A stretch of 40,561 nt of DNA from Priapulus caudatus (Eukaryota), in NCBI RefSeq assembly GCF_000485595.1, contig NW_014577091.1:629825-670385 (forward strand), in the 5' to 3' direction. Both the position numbers and the translations under genes were made by a program. The notes beneath the pieces are model-generated. The model ran no database searches. It was not told the origin of the DNA and was given only the letters and a program-made list of their open reading frames with translations. Shown here piece after piece: positions 24,990 to 38,000 of this stretch. Numbering within the stretch: position 1 is the stretch's first letter; each line of letters begins with the position of its first letter.

Positions 24990-27640
24990 TATTACATATT
25001 ATATATATATATATATAATACAGTACGCATGACAACAACTTGACTAAACCTGGATTTGCTGCCAATTATTAAAACACGAATTGAAGTGGCCTTATGTTTC
25101 ATCTTCTTATCCTCGAATATAATTAATGATACAATTATATATTATTATTATTTTGCACTACACTATTATTATGGGTACGTATATATATAAACAAATGTTA
25201 TACCAGTTTAGGTAAAACGGCGAATTAAATTTTTACATATGCGAGCTGTTGAGAAGTTTACATCTCGATCTTCGCCAGGCTTTAACCGACATTTAGAATG
25301 GAGCCGCTTTAATATAAAACAACATACAATGCGCTTATTACAATATCCAGGAAATAGATAATTCAAACAATCTAGTTGATATTATATATATATATATCAT
25401 TCACAACGTGGGGACAGGTTAACTGTTAACACAGCCACGTACGTTAGTTATATTAGTATGGCTCAACACGACAAAACATTAAAAAACGCTAGCGACAAAT
25501 ATTATCGAAAATGCGGCAAAAAGGGGTTACCTAACAACTTTATTGCTTCGAACCGTCGCACGGAGATTGAAATGTAGTCATAAAGTTAGTTTAATGGGTA
25601 CACAGTGGCGTACGATAATTAGGCAACGTAGGTATATGCATCTATATACCGTGCCCCTTCGTCTGTGTGCCAATGACTAAGACACGGATTCTAATTACAC
25701 CATGTAACGCTATACACTCTGCTCCTTTGTTATTATTCGCCCGATACCGGATTTATCCTTGGAAATTAAGTTCATTCATTTTCAAACAATAAGGGCCACA
25801 CACTTTATGATCTGCGATAGTATGTCACCAACGAGGCGGCTACTGTATTTTTGTTAGGCAGCTTGTAGGTGTTTCTATCGCGTCGGATTGATCGAAGACG
25901 TATTGATGCCATTTTACTGCGACGAAAATATATGACAACTCGTCCTCGAAAAAAATTGGTAAAGCCCAGTAATTGTGTTACATTGCAGCCAACACGCGAA
26001 ATTAATTTGATAATCTATATCAGTATGAGTGTTTAGCATTGGCATTTCATGAGAATTATATTATGTTGTAAACATGTTAAAATTCTGTAGGATGTTATTG
26101 CGACTCAAAGAATGATCAAATACAATCAAAGGCAAATTATTCATGTGCATAAACATCAATTTTCCTGTTGGAATACCCTGCCTCATCTTCACTTTCACAT
26201 TCATCTGTCATTGCCTTGGTAGCAACGCGTCCCTGAAAACATGCGAATTAATTATATACTGAATTTCACGTCGCTGTATCGATGAGGCAAAGTGTGACAA
26301 AAACTCAGGTACAAACTCGTTCATGTGTACACGGCGAAACGAATAGACATCTCATAATTCATATGGGGCCCTGACCCGCGCGCGCTGCTTCTGACGGCTG
26401 ACAAGTCGGCACATGCATTCGGAGTTAGAATCTACGCGTACAGTACGGAAGTCAAGGAGAAGAATTCGGATGACGATATAACAGTGACAGACACAGGTCC
26501 CGTACGCAGATAGCTGTGGAGCGCGCATCGTTATAACATATAGCATTCACGAGATAGCTTGTAGAATCGCCAACTTCTCAACGCTTAGGCAACGAGACAC
26601 TTTGCATAGCAATTATTCGCGATTACGAACATGGACATTTTTTGCATGTGGGTATTTAATAATTGTGTTCTAACTGTTTGTGTGCATTTCGTGCATATAC
26701 TCGAATAACTTATTCCCATAACCATTTAGAACTGCCCTTTCAATTCTTTTCAACGAGGATATATATAATTGATCATTTTCAGTGCTCGCTGGTGCTCGAT
26801 TCTGAAAACTGCCACAAGTGGAGCTCTCGTCCTAGAGTTGTCTTAAATCAAAACCTATAAATGTCCCCAGAGTGTCAATACTTTTCGGCCCAACTTTACA
26901 TTTTGAATTACAGACAAATTCCAGACATTGTCAGCCAGCGTGAGTTGGCCGCAGTTGCACACATTACAAATGAGATTGATCAAACAGAAATTATCCTAAG
27001 CTGGGGCCGACCAATACGCCGAGCAAACACTCTCGCCTATTCAAAGCGTGCTTGACACTCTCTAATGAACTCAAAAATGTGGTTTAATTTGAGAAAACAT
27101 GTTCTGTGATATAGAGATACTTACAACGTCTAGCTCAATGTCAATAGTACGTTGGAAAGTATACTACATTTTTCACTTAAAATATCCTTTCACGACTCAA
27201 CTTGGCACGCCTGGAAGGCAAGGGACGTGCCGAGAAATGGAAAGACAAGCTAGAAAGTACTATTAACTGAAGTCGCCCTGAAAAAAGAAACAAAATGCGT
27301 CGCACCGTGTATGAACCAACGGCACGATTGGTAATTATAGGGGTAGATTACTTGGATAAAAAAAAACTAAATCTGGCTACCGTATAGTTTTTAACTCGTA
27401 GAAAGGAATACAAGGAAATACTGATCAAATGGCTTCAGTTCACAGAAGGCAATACACTTGGAGGGAATCCGCTGTGAGTACGATCACGTTCTAAGAAAAA
27501 CAAACGGGACTATTATCCCTCCAGTATTCTTAGAGATTTAACCAAAAAGGTTTAAATTACTCACGCACAACACACCGCGCGGCCACTCACACACGCACGC
27601 GCGCAACGTTACGTGCACCGCACATACACACACAGCACAC
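23306..27640 (+). repeat. 4.3-kb direct duplication, copy 2 (indel-rich, probable uncorrected long-read sequence)
   Basis: Same sequence as 19010-23160 but with frequent 1-2 nt indels; runs into a noisy CA tract and a 25-N gap. Confidence 0.93.
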
Positions 27641-27750
27641 AACACACACACACACAACACACACACCACAATCACACCACAGCACGCAAAACACACACAC
27701 TACACCACACCCACACACACACACACAACACACACACACCACACACACGA

Positions 27751-27786
<36 letters not shown>

Positions 27787-28010
27787 ACACCGTACCACAC
27801 ACACGACACCACACACACACACACACACACACACACATCACAACAACACACGACAAACACCGCACACACACGCCACACTACACACACACTACACCACACA
27901 CACAACACACACACACACACACACACACACAACACCACACACACACACCCACACACACATGTACACACCACACAGTACACACACACACACACCACACACA
28001 CACAACACAC

Positions 28011-28047
<37 letters not shown>

Positions 28048-28124
28048 ACAACACTACACGCACACACACACCACACGACACACACAACACAGCACCACAC
28101 AACACACACACACACACACACCAC

Positions 28125-28160
<36 letters not shown>

Positions 28161-28209
28161 GTACACACACACGTACACACACACNNNNNNNNNNNNNNNN
28201 NNNNNNNNN

Positions 28210-28289
<80 letters not shown>

Positions 28290-28314
28290 TATATATATAT
28301 ATATATATATATAT
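27640..28314. repeat. Long noisy (CA)n tract, 25-N gap (28185-28209), then clean (CA)n(TA)n
   Basis: Direct reading. Confidence 0.95.
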
Positions 28315-28609
28315 AAAGTATAGTGTTGAGATCATGAGATGTGAGTTTGTATAATTTTACCCCAAGGCGTAATGTGAGAGTATGTGTTACTGCTTGCGTG
28401 CGTGCAAGCGCATATGTGTGTGCCAATTATACAGTCTATGTTTATTTATTTTATTTTACTATATTTATCACACTATATTATACTATTATGTTTATTAGAT
28501 GAATGTATGATATGTTTGGGTGATATGTTGGATGATATATATGTGCATATGACTGGTTACTGTGACTGTCAAGGTTACTGTCACAGAAATAATATTCTAG
28601 AGACTAGGC

Positions 28610-28717
28610 TCTCGTGAACATGAATTCGTAATTTTTCACGAGATGGCGCCACGTCCCGTTATTTAATATTTGGCGCGGTGACAACTGAGCATCCAGCAAA
28701 AACAAGCAAATATCAAC
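28610..28717 (+). promoter_or_regulatory. Putative ACSS1 proximal promoter / 5' UTR
   Basis: CpG-containing stretch just 5' of the ATG. Inverted pair TCTCGTGAA (28610-28618) / TTCACGAGA (28635-28643), YY1-like AGATGGCG (28641-28648), E2F-like TTTGGCGCGG (28669-28678). Motif matches only. Confidence 0.4.
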
Positions 28718-29045
28718 ATGTATGGCCGAGCTCTATCATGTGCGCTCCTCTCTCCCACAACAAGATGCACCATCCCGCAGTTGATTCGATACTTCGCGAG
28801 AACCGCTGCGGCCGGTGCGCAGCAGGATGTCACGACTGCACAACTTCCAGAAATCTCACAGTATTTTCAGAAAGCGCTGCCCCACCAGGAAGTTTACGAC
28901 TTATCCCTGAACAACCCTTCGGCCTTCTGGGGCTCGCTCGCCCGAACCAGGCTCAGTTGGTACAGGGATTTCGATGACGTCATCGACTGCGACATGACGA
29001 AGGCAAAGCTGAAATGGTTTATAAACGGGAAACTCAACGTTTCAG
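28718..29045 (+). CDS. ACSS1: ACSS1 coding exon 1 (MYGRALSC...[10 protein letters not shown])
   Basis: ATG at 28718; ACS N-terminal motif ([12 protein letters not shown]...[10 protein letters not shown]); donor CAG|GTTAGT at 29046, phase 1. Confidence 0.9.
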
Positions 29046-32000
29046 GTTAGTTGGTCGTATAACGAAACGTTAGAGCTTAATTTGTCAATATTGTGAGTTT
29101 TTAGCTTGGTTTTAAATCGTGCTTGTGCGTTTGTGTTGCCGTTACTGTTACTGTTAGTCCAAATGAATGCTGTAATTTACCTTTTTAAAGAGAGAGAGAG
29201 AGAAAGAGAGGTCGAGGGCTTCTACCTAGTTCAAGTGAATGTTTCTGTTATCGGCCAAAAAGTACATCAGAGTAGAAACGTCTACTCGGTCCGACAAAGG
29301 TGGTCCTTGTAAATTCTAGTTGCAAGTGACAGCTGTCATGGTTCAAGGATAGAGATGATGTCCAGGACGGTGATAGGATAGGATGATGTTTATTACGGCA
29401 CATGCTGTCTATCCTTGACTCTTGAGCCGCTGTCATGATGACTCGATATTTTTTTTTTAGTGAATTGTGTTGATCGCCACTATATGAAGACACCGGACAA
29501 GGTGGCGATAATATGGGAGAAGGACGAGCCGGGCCAGCAAGAGAATGTGTCATACAAGTGCGTGTTACTCTCCCAAGGTTACCTTAATTCTTTCACAGGT
29601 CTCTGTGACCGAGCTATTTGCTCTTCCTTGTGTAAACCTATTCCAGCTGTGGATCATTCCTTGTCTTCACAGTTTATAGTTGATAGTGTTTGTGCGTTGT
29701 TGTTTGTAGTCAACGGACAGATCTACTTTGCAATACCTTCCATCGTTCATAGCCAGTTGGTCTCCACTCTAATCTAGTGGTGCCGCTCTCTTTCCCACAT
29801 GCGCATGCATAGTAACTCACGAACGTTTGCCATCCACAGACAGTTGTACGAGATGATGAACCAGCTTGCAAACACGCTCAAGTCACATGGCGTTCGCCGT
29901 GGTGACCGCGTCTGCATCTACATGCCGATGACGCCGCTCGCCGTGGCCGCCATGTTGGCGTGCGCTCGCATTGGCGCCATCCACAGTGTCGTGTTTGCGG
30001 GATTCAGCGCGGACGCGCTAACGAGCAGGATCAATGACGGTGAGGTCGGACGCCATGTCACGCGCGCACAAACGGCACCGCCCCGTTATTGTTCAATACA
30101 TATACAGGGCGCGAAATTAGCGCCGGCCCACCGGCATATGCCGGCAAATTATTTGGAGGGCCAGTAACATTGGCAAAACACCGGTCCTCCGAGCTGGCGG
30201 TTTCAGCCATGTTAGTGAGTACCTACATTTTTGTTTATAGCATTAATGAGCAAATAGCTTACATTACCATTTTACCTGAAGGATATCACACCATAATTTA
30301 TCAAAATTTTACAAATTTGAAATCGAGAATGCAAATGTGAAACATGACATTGACAAAAACACTTCGAACATCATTCACGATTTGCATTATAGTCTGTGCA
30401 ACAGCTACTACGCGATGCCGCATGCTACAACATTTTTCGGACAAGCATTTTTAATTATCATTCCAAGTCTTAGTTTAGGTCACTTCTGGTTCAAACAGCA
30501 AACAAAATTTGTGAGGGCTGGTACATTATGGTGAGGGCTGGTAAAAAACTGCTGTTACCAGCCCTCTGGGCCGGTGCCAAAAAATCCGAATTTCATGCCT
30601 TGATATATATGCAGTGTTTCTCCTGGATGTTGTAATCATGAGCAAAGTGGCATGGTTGAATGAGTCCGTACTGAAGGCGCTGACGCAAGTGCCTTTACAT
30701 GTGATTAGCGTGTGCCTGGCGCATAGCGAGCACAGTCGTGGAGTTTATTTGATGTGTGGCAGCATGACACAGATCAAACACATGGGGTCCTGGTTAGCGG
30801 AGGTAGAAGGAGAACCTGGGACACAGGTAGTGGTGGCGGTATCAGATATGGGGAGGGAGCGAGATTTTTGCAGCGGGGTGGCAATTTCAGCAAATATTCA
30901 GCGAGGCAGATGATAAATCACCATGGCAACCCACCTTGCTTATCACATACCAGGGGAAACACTGTGTATATGTAGCCACGTGAGCTCGTATTATGCGATT
31001 TTTATTATGTGATGTATAATTTTAATATCAACTAAATTAATATATCATTCACCAGTCAGCTTAATCAACCTGTTAAATATTTACATTAAGATGAATTATG
31101 ATGAGGTAACGCAGGTGCACACGTACATGACACCCATGCAGGCAACATGCCAGGTCTGAGCGCAAGCCGTACGATGGTGCTCAGCCGCACGCTTGGCTGT
31201 TCTCGCGATTGAACGTCCTCCCCATTGCCATCCTCAGCCAAGGCGGAGACTGTGATCACGGCGGACCAGGTGCTGCGAGGGGGTAAGGCCATCGATCTGA
31301 AGAGCACGGTCGATCGCGCCGTCCTCGACTGTCCGTGCGTGCGGCAGGTGTTTGTCGCACAACGAACGGGGGCGCCGGTGTCCATGGGCCAAATGGACAT
31401 GCCGCTCGAATCCGTGAGTTGGCTGTACAGCAGTTAAGGAGTATACTAACTCATTCCTGTATGTATTAGCTCAACATTTTCGTGGGGACTTGGCGGGAGA
31501 GGGGTAGGCTAAAGTGTACCTGTCCATAGTAGCGCACAAAGAGAGTGATCGGGGGAGATTGTTGATTGTGTAATGTAACTAACATGCCATAGCAGGAAGG
31601 GAGAGACAAGGTCAGCAGCACCTAGAGGGATCTAGACGTTGAACAGGGTTATGTGGAATCACCCAGAGACCCATAAGAGGGGAGGGAAAGCTGGGGTGAT
31701 GACTGCATCTAGGGAACTGGTGGCTGGGTTAGCGGCCCACAACTAAACCCCACATACAGAGGGCCATAGAAAAATTAGGTAGGCATGCATTAACAGTTGG
31801 GCGCAGAACAAGGTTTTTCCTCTTCTGTGAGGAGTGCACGACTATATGCAATGAGCGTCATACTCTATGTATACTATGTATATTATCATCTCCATATGTA
31901 TATAATTATAGTCATTCTATCACAGTGGGCACTTCAAAAGATTGAAAGCTAGAGGTGCAAGTACTGAAATACCAAGCTGCAGTCTCACTCTCGAACCCAA

Positions 32001-35000
32001 TATTAGAACAATTGTGAGAGACAACACGAGTAATAACGTTACGATTTAATTATTTATATTATAACGATGTAATACAGTAAAAACCTGTGTATGAGAACAT
32101 AGTGATTAAGAACCTGTTAGGCTAAGATTTTCCATTTAGACCCCTCCTTTCTTCTTAGACACTTCCTTTTAGACCCATTAGAGTCTCGAACCAAAACCTC
32201 TGCGTTGTCTGTTATTGACCTCCAGTATGGTGATGACGCCGTAGTTTGTTGCACAGTCAGAGGCGGATCTTCAGCAGATTGTAGATGTCTTTACTGAAGC
32301 CTATGAGAAAATGGGACTCACCTTGAACACAAGGAAGACAAAGGTGCTCCATCAGCAAGCCCCTAATGAACAAGCTGCAGCTCCAAAGATCCGAATCCAT
32401 GACCTTGGTGGTCCATGACCTTGGTGGTCACCTTTCTCAGGCAGCCGACATTGACCATTAAATACAAAATTGACTTCAGTGCGCTAGTGCTACCTTTGGT
32501 CGCCTCAGGAAACGTGTCCTTGATGACTGTAACATACGACCTGATATCAAGCTGCTAGTCTATAAAGCAGTTGTTGTCCCCACCATTCTATATGGAGCTG
32601 AAACTTGGGTCACATACAGGAGGCACCTAAAAGAACTGGAAAAATATCACCAAAGATGCTTAAGAAAGATCCTCCAAATCCGTTGGGAAGACAGGCGCAC
32701 TAACGTTAGTATTCTCTTACAAGCCAAGACAACTAGCATCGAAGCACAGTTAATACGTCACCAACTCCGCTGGGCTGGCCATGTTACCCGAATGCCTAGC
32801 CACAGACTTCCTAAGCAAGTCCTATATTTCCAGTTGCGAAAAGGCGAACGCACAAGAGGAGGACAGAGAAAGTGCTACAAGGATGTACTCAAAGCCCACC
32901 TAAAAAAGTATAACATCGACCCTAGCACCTGGGAAACTGTTGCACTAATCACCATCAATGGAGAAAAACTATATGGGAATTAGGCTCTCAACACTTTGAA
33001 GCCCAAAGGAGGCAGCATGAAATGGAAAATCGCGAGCGACAGAGAGCACGTGCTGCAGACAGAATGAATCACCCTGACCCATTCATCAATCTCAACAACA
33101 CCTGCATACATTAATTGTAACAAGACATGTGGATCCAGGATTGGCCTTGTCAGTCATCTGAGGACCCACAGACATCCATAGCTTTCCCATGGAAGACAAT
33201 CATCCTCGAACTCGAGGGATTGCCGATGATGATGAGGGATTAAGAACCTGTTAGGCTAAGATTTTCCATTTAGACCCCCTTGACATAAGAACCAGTTTTA
33301 GCCTAAACTTTGAAACAGGTTTTTATTTGATAAAATTCAGTGAACATTTACATATTCTTAAGTAAACTAAAACAAAAAAGAAATAAGATATCCTAGAATA
33401 GGGTTTGTATTTGTCTAGATTTCAGTCATTTAGACAATTATATATGCATATTTTATATAAACAATGAACCGCACCAATATTCTACCAGCAACAAGCACCT
33501 TTTTTTCTTAAGAAAATGAGAATCTATTTTTAAGAACTTAAATAAAAAGCCTAACTTCCCAGTAAACACCAATTATATAAGAACCTTTTTAGGCTAACTT
33601 GGAAAAATGCCAGTTCTTATACGCTGGTTTTTACTGTATTCCTAGTTTCCCTGCTCAAACTTCTGCCCGCCCGCGCTCCCTGCTCGAACCTCGGCGCTCC
33701 CTGCCTGAAGCCTCTCGTTGCCATCGGTTACAGGAGATGGCGAAGCAGTCGACAGAGTGTGAGCCTGAGGTGATGGGCAGCGAGGATTACCTCTTCATGC
33801 TCTACACGTCCGGCAGCACGGGACAGCCGAAGGGTATCGCTCACACGCAGGCTGGCTACCTGCTGTATGCAGCCATCACACACCAGGTGGGTGCAGCCAG
33901 AACGTATATATACGTACGTAGTGGTAGTAGTCGTGTTACTCATAATAGTGGCGCAGGTTCGTATCTATCTCGTTTTGTCTAGGGCGGGGGAGGGGCAAGG
34001 TCATGTGTGGTTTGTGTTTTGGGCAGTTGGCCATGGCAATTTGCTATTGACCATGTATTAGTATCTTGATTTGTCTGATTGGGGCAAGCACCCCCCCCCA
34101 GCTAGCTACCACCCTGTAGTGGTTGTTGTAATGGTAGAAATCGTAATACTAATAGTAGTAATACTGGTAGTATTTGTGTTAATAATAGTGGTAGTCGTTG
34201 TCACTGTAATAGTAGCTGGCAGTAGTTAGCAATTATGGCATTTTGCTAGTACTAGTAGTATTACTATTATCTAGAAGTAGTTAGCAGTAGCAGGAACAGC
34301 AGCACCAGTTGTAGTGGTGGTAGTAGTAGTGGTGGTGGCAGCAGCGGTAGTAGCACCAGTAGCAGAATATAGAAGTATGATGTCTTAAAGTATTTATTTT
34401 AAACATAATTTCCAACCAGTCTCGTGATTTCCCCACTTATGCGATACTTACCATTATTGCTTGAGTAACTGCAACTGTCTAGAATAATGCTGTCATGTCT
34501 TAGAACCTTCCTACTTGGCTATATTCACCAAAACATGCACGATTAGAGTTTTGATTACTCGTTTTCATTACAGCAGCCATTTCTGGCAAATCTCTGACTA
34601 TCTCGTGATAGCGCAAGTTATCAGCCAATTTAAAAAAAAAGGAGTCAACTACACAGAATCAGATGCCCTATTGCTTGAATTAGGTGCACTATAGGTGCAC
34701 TTATAACTTGTTGGTGCATTAAGGCACCACTTGCAAATAAATTGTCGCTGTAATAAAAAATGCCATGGTGTTATGGCGTGTTCAATTCCAATTTTCTATG
34801 CTATAATAGCATATTTTTGGGTGTGTTTTATTTTTATAGCGTGTTTTTTAAGTTGGTGTAATCAGTAATATATATCCGCTATGAGGTAAGACTATATTTC
34901 GCTATATTGTTTTCAGATTGTGCGTTTTTGCAAGCACTGATTTCCAAATAAATCCTTTAAGTGTGATGTTGTATATGCTTTCCTAATTCAGCGTTTTATC

Positions 35001-38000
35001 CATCCATATATGCAGACCGTGTTTGACTACCGTGAGGGAGACATCTATGCATGTGTGGCTGATATAGGCTGGATCACGGGCCACACGTACGTGCTGTATG
35101 GGCCTCTATGCAATGGAGCCACCACCGTCCTGTTTGAGAGTATTCCCACCTACCCCGACCCAGGTTGGTAATTGAAATCTAGTACTAGTCTAACAGATTC
35201 GTGCATGCTTGCACGATATTACTGTCACAATCACTTCAATCAGCGTAGCCATAGGCTGCTAGGTGGCGATTTCCGTCGTTTGCTATTGTGGTAAATGATA
35301 TGTAAAATAGTTTCTACTGCCCCCTATCTGATACATATTGTGGTTATTTGTTACACTAGACTTGTAATTATCTGGTATACTATGTTTTTTCTGTTTTGGA
35401 ACTGCAGTCTTGGATTCCAATACTTCTAATGGGTAATGTTTGTGTAGTGTTAAGTTTACATCAGTTTTAACCTAGTACCATGACCCTTCTTTTGCATGGT
35501 GTAATGCTCACTGCTGTGTATGTGCGCGGTGGTGGGGTTGGGTGAGGGGATATCTGTTATTTGCACTTGTTATCGAGTGCACTCTGCTTTTTGTCTGCAG
35601 TCATGTACCTGCCATCTTTTGGTGATATCTCAGTGTTGTTTTACTATTAAAAAATGCCATGGTGTGTTGCAACTGCATGCTTAATAGGTGGTGGTTGGGG
35701 GTCGGGGGGGGGGGTCGGTTTTAAGCGATTATTTTTTTTTAATTGGAGCAGTTTGTTGCTGTAGGACTTTTAGCATATTTTTAGAACAACCAATGGACAT
35801 TTCTGAAGCATAGTTATACTCGAACCTACATATTCATACAAATTTTTTTGTTTAATTGAATAACAAATTGTTTGAATCTTAAACAACTTCGTTTAAACTT
35901 GCCTTATATATAGTCTGATGTTTGCGAGGTAGTAATAATTCGAATGATTTAAGCATTCACTAAAGTAGCTACAAAAGCTAAACATGCTCGCAGAGTGGTG
36001 TGTTGTTCCTGCGATTGTTCTCTGACGGCTGGTTCGTGTGATGAGTAGTATAACCATGACAACGCTTCGTTCTCGTGCAGGTCGGTACTGGGAGATGGTG
36101 GAGCGTCTGCGAGTGAACCAGTTTTACGGCTCGCCGACCGCCATTCGACTGCTGCTGAAGTACGGAGACTCGTGGGTGACACGCTATGACCGTTCATCGT
36201 TGCGGGTCCTTGGCACAGGTGACGGATGTCTGTCCTAGACCAGCGTCTTGCATCCATGTCTTTCATTGTTCCTCTCATCCTTGAGGATTATTTGAATGGG
36301 TGAGCGATGGCTATTCCTGTAAGAAAGCCTCATTCTTGTGTATCCTTCATTGTTATCCCTCATCCCTGAGGATTTCTGGCACAGGTAGCATATTGCCTTT
36401 TCTTGTTCAGCTTCGTCATTCTGCATCCGCGACATCCTTCTGTATGAATTACGTTTATCGTCCACCCTCCAACCCCGACCTTCACGCCGCCACCGCCATC
36501 ATTGCATCCTATTTAACAATGTTAACACACATGGTACTGGTCATTTTAACATTACATCCATGCAAAATTTAGCTAATGATAAATCGATGTTATTTGATAC
36601 ATTATTGTTCAAGTAATGCAATTACAGTTCATGTTAATGCAACTCTTATGATTATAGCTCGTATAGATCCATGTAGAGATTTGCATCTGTACTGTCAATG
36701 GATGCGATGTTCACCTGTGGGAATCTATTAACTGAGGTATTTAACGTCGTTAGGGTGGTTGACGGGAGATCGGGCTCGATCACGCGCCACTAGTATTCTC
36801 CATTTCCTCTGTGTTACCACGACACTGGTCTCCATCTTGCAGTTGGGGAACCGATAAACACTGAGGCGTGGGAGTGGTATCACAACGTCGTCGGCAACGG
36901 GAAGTGCGACATCGTCGACACCTGGTGGCAGACAGGTGAGTCGCCCGTGCGCCGCGCGACCGCCGTCGTCGTGGGGAACAAGTTCGTTGATTGTTAATGC
37001 TGTGGGCGTCGTCGCCGTAAGTTATGACCGTCTCGTTGGCTCTTACAGAGACCGGCGGAATCTGTATTGCGCCAAGACCATCAAGGGTTGCCGCACCTAT
37101 TATACCGGGAGCCGCCATGCGGCCAATGTTTGGCATCGCGCCAGCAATCGTCTGTCCTGACAGTGTATGTATGCGTCGCAAAGTAATTCATATGCATCGT
37201 ATTGTCATAGATGAATGGAAAGGTGGGTGGATGAGTGGGTGAATGGGCTTATTGGTTGATTGGGTGGTTGGGTGGCTAATTGGACGGATCTGAGGGAGGG
37301 ATGGATGGGTGAGTGGATGTGTGGGTGGGATTTTGGATGGATGGTTTGGAAAAGCATGGATCGTTTATGAAACTGATCATACACAACAAACTTGAACAAA
37401 CAACTCCTGAAATCGTAATTGAATAATCATGATGAATCACAAAGGCGAGATCTGACAGTAAGAGTAAAACCTCACCGCAGGGTAAGGAGTTCACGGGTAA
37501 CGACGTGTATGGAGCTCTCTGCATTAAGCTGCCCTGGCCCGGCATGGCGAGGACAATTTACGGACACCACAACCGCTACGTCGACACCTACTTCAAACCT
37601 TTCCAAGGTGAGATAACGATGACAGCCGCAGCACATAGCAGAGAATTATATATATATATTATACTATATATATAATATAATATATATATATATATATAAT
37701 ATATAATTATATATATTACATATATATAGTAGTTCATTATTGTGAAACACTAGGAGGTGCACGCGGTGGTTTAGATGACTCAGGCAGCGACTCGGACATA
37801 GAAGTAGTTGTGCAACTGCTGCGTTATGTTGGCAACATCGTTCTGAGTTACTATCTTAGTCTTACTTGTCATTTGTTACTTGTTACTTGTCACTTGTTAC
37901 TTGTAGCTTACTAAGGTTGTTAGGCACCTGAATCATCACGGGTAAACAACCCCGTTGGGGGAAACGGCGAAGCATTGTAATGTTGTTCACGCACGAAGAA

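Noticed and set aside
33980..34116. Possible small MITE (TAGGGCGG...CCACCCTG) in intron 5
   Set aside because: Inverted match is only 6/8 and there is no TSD.
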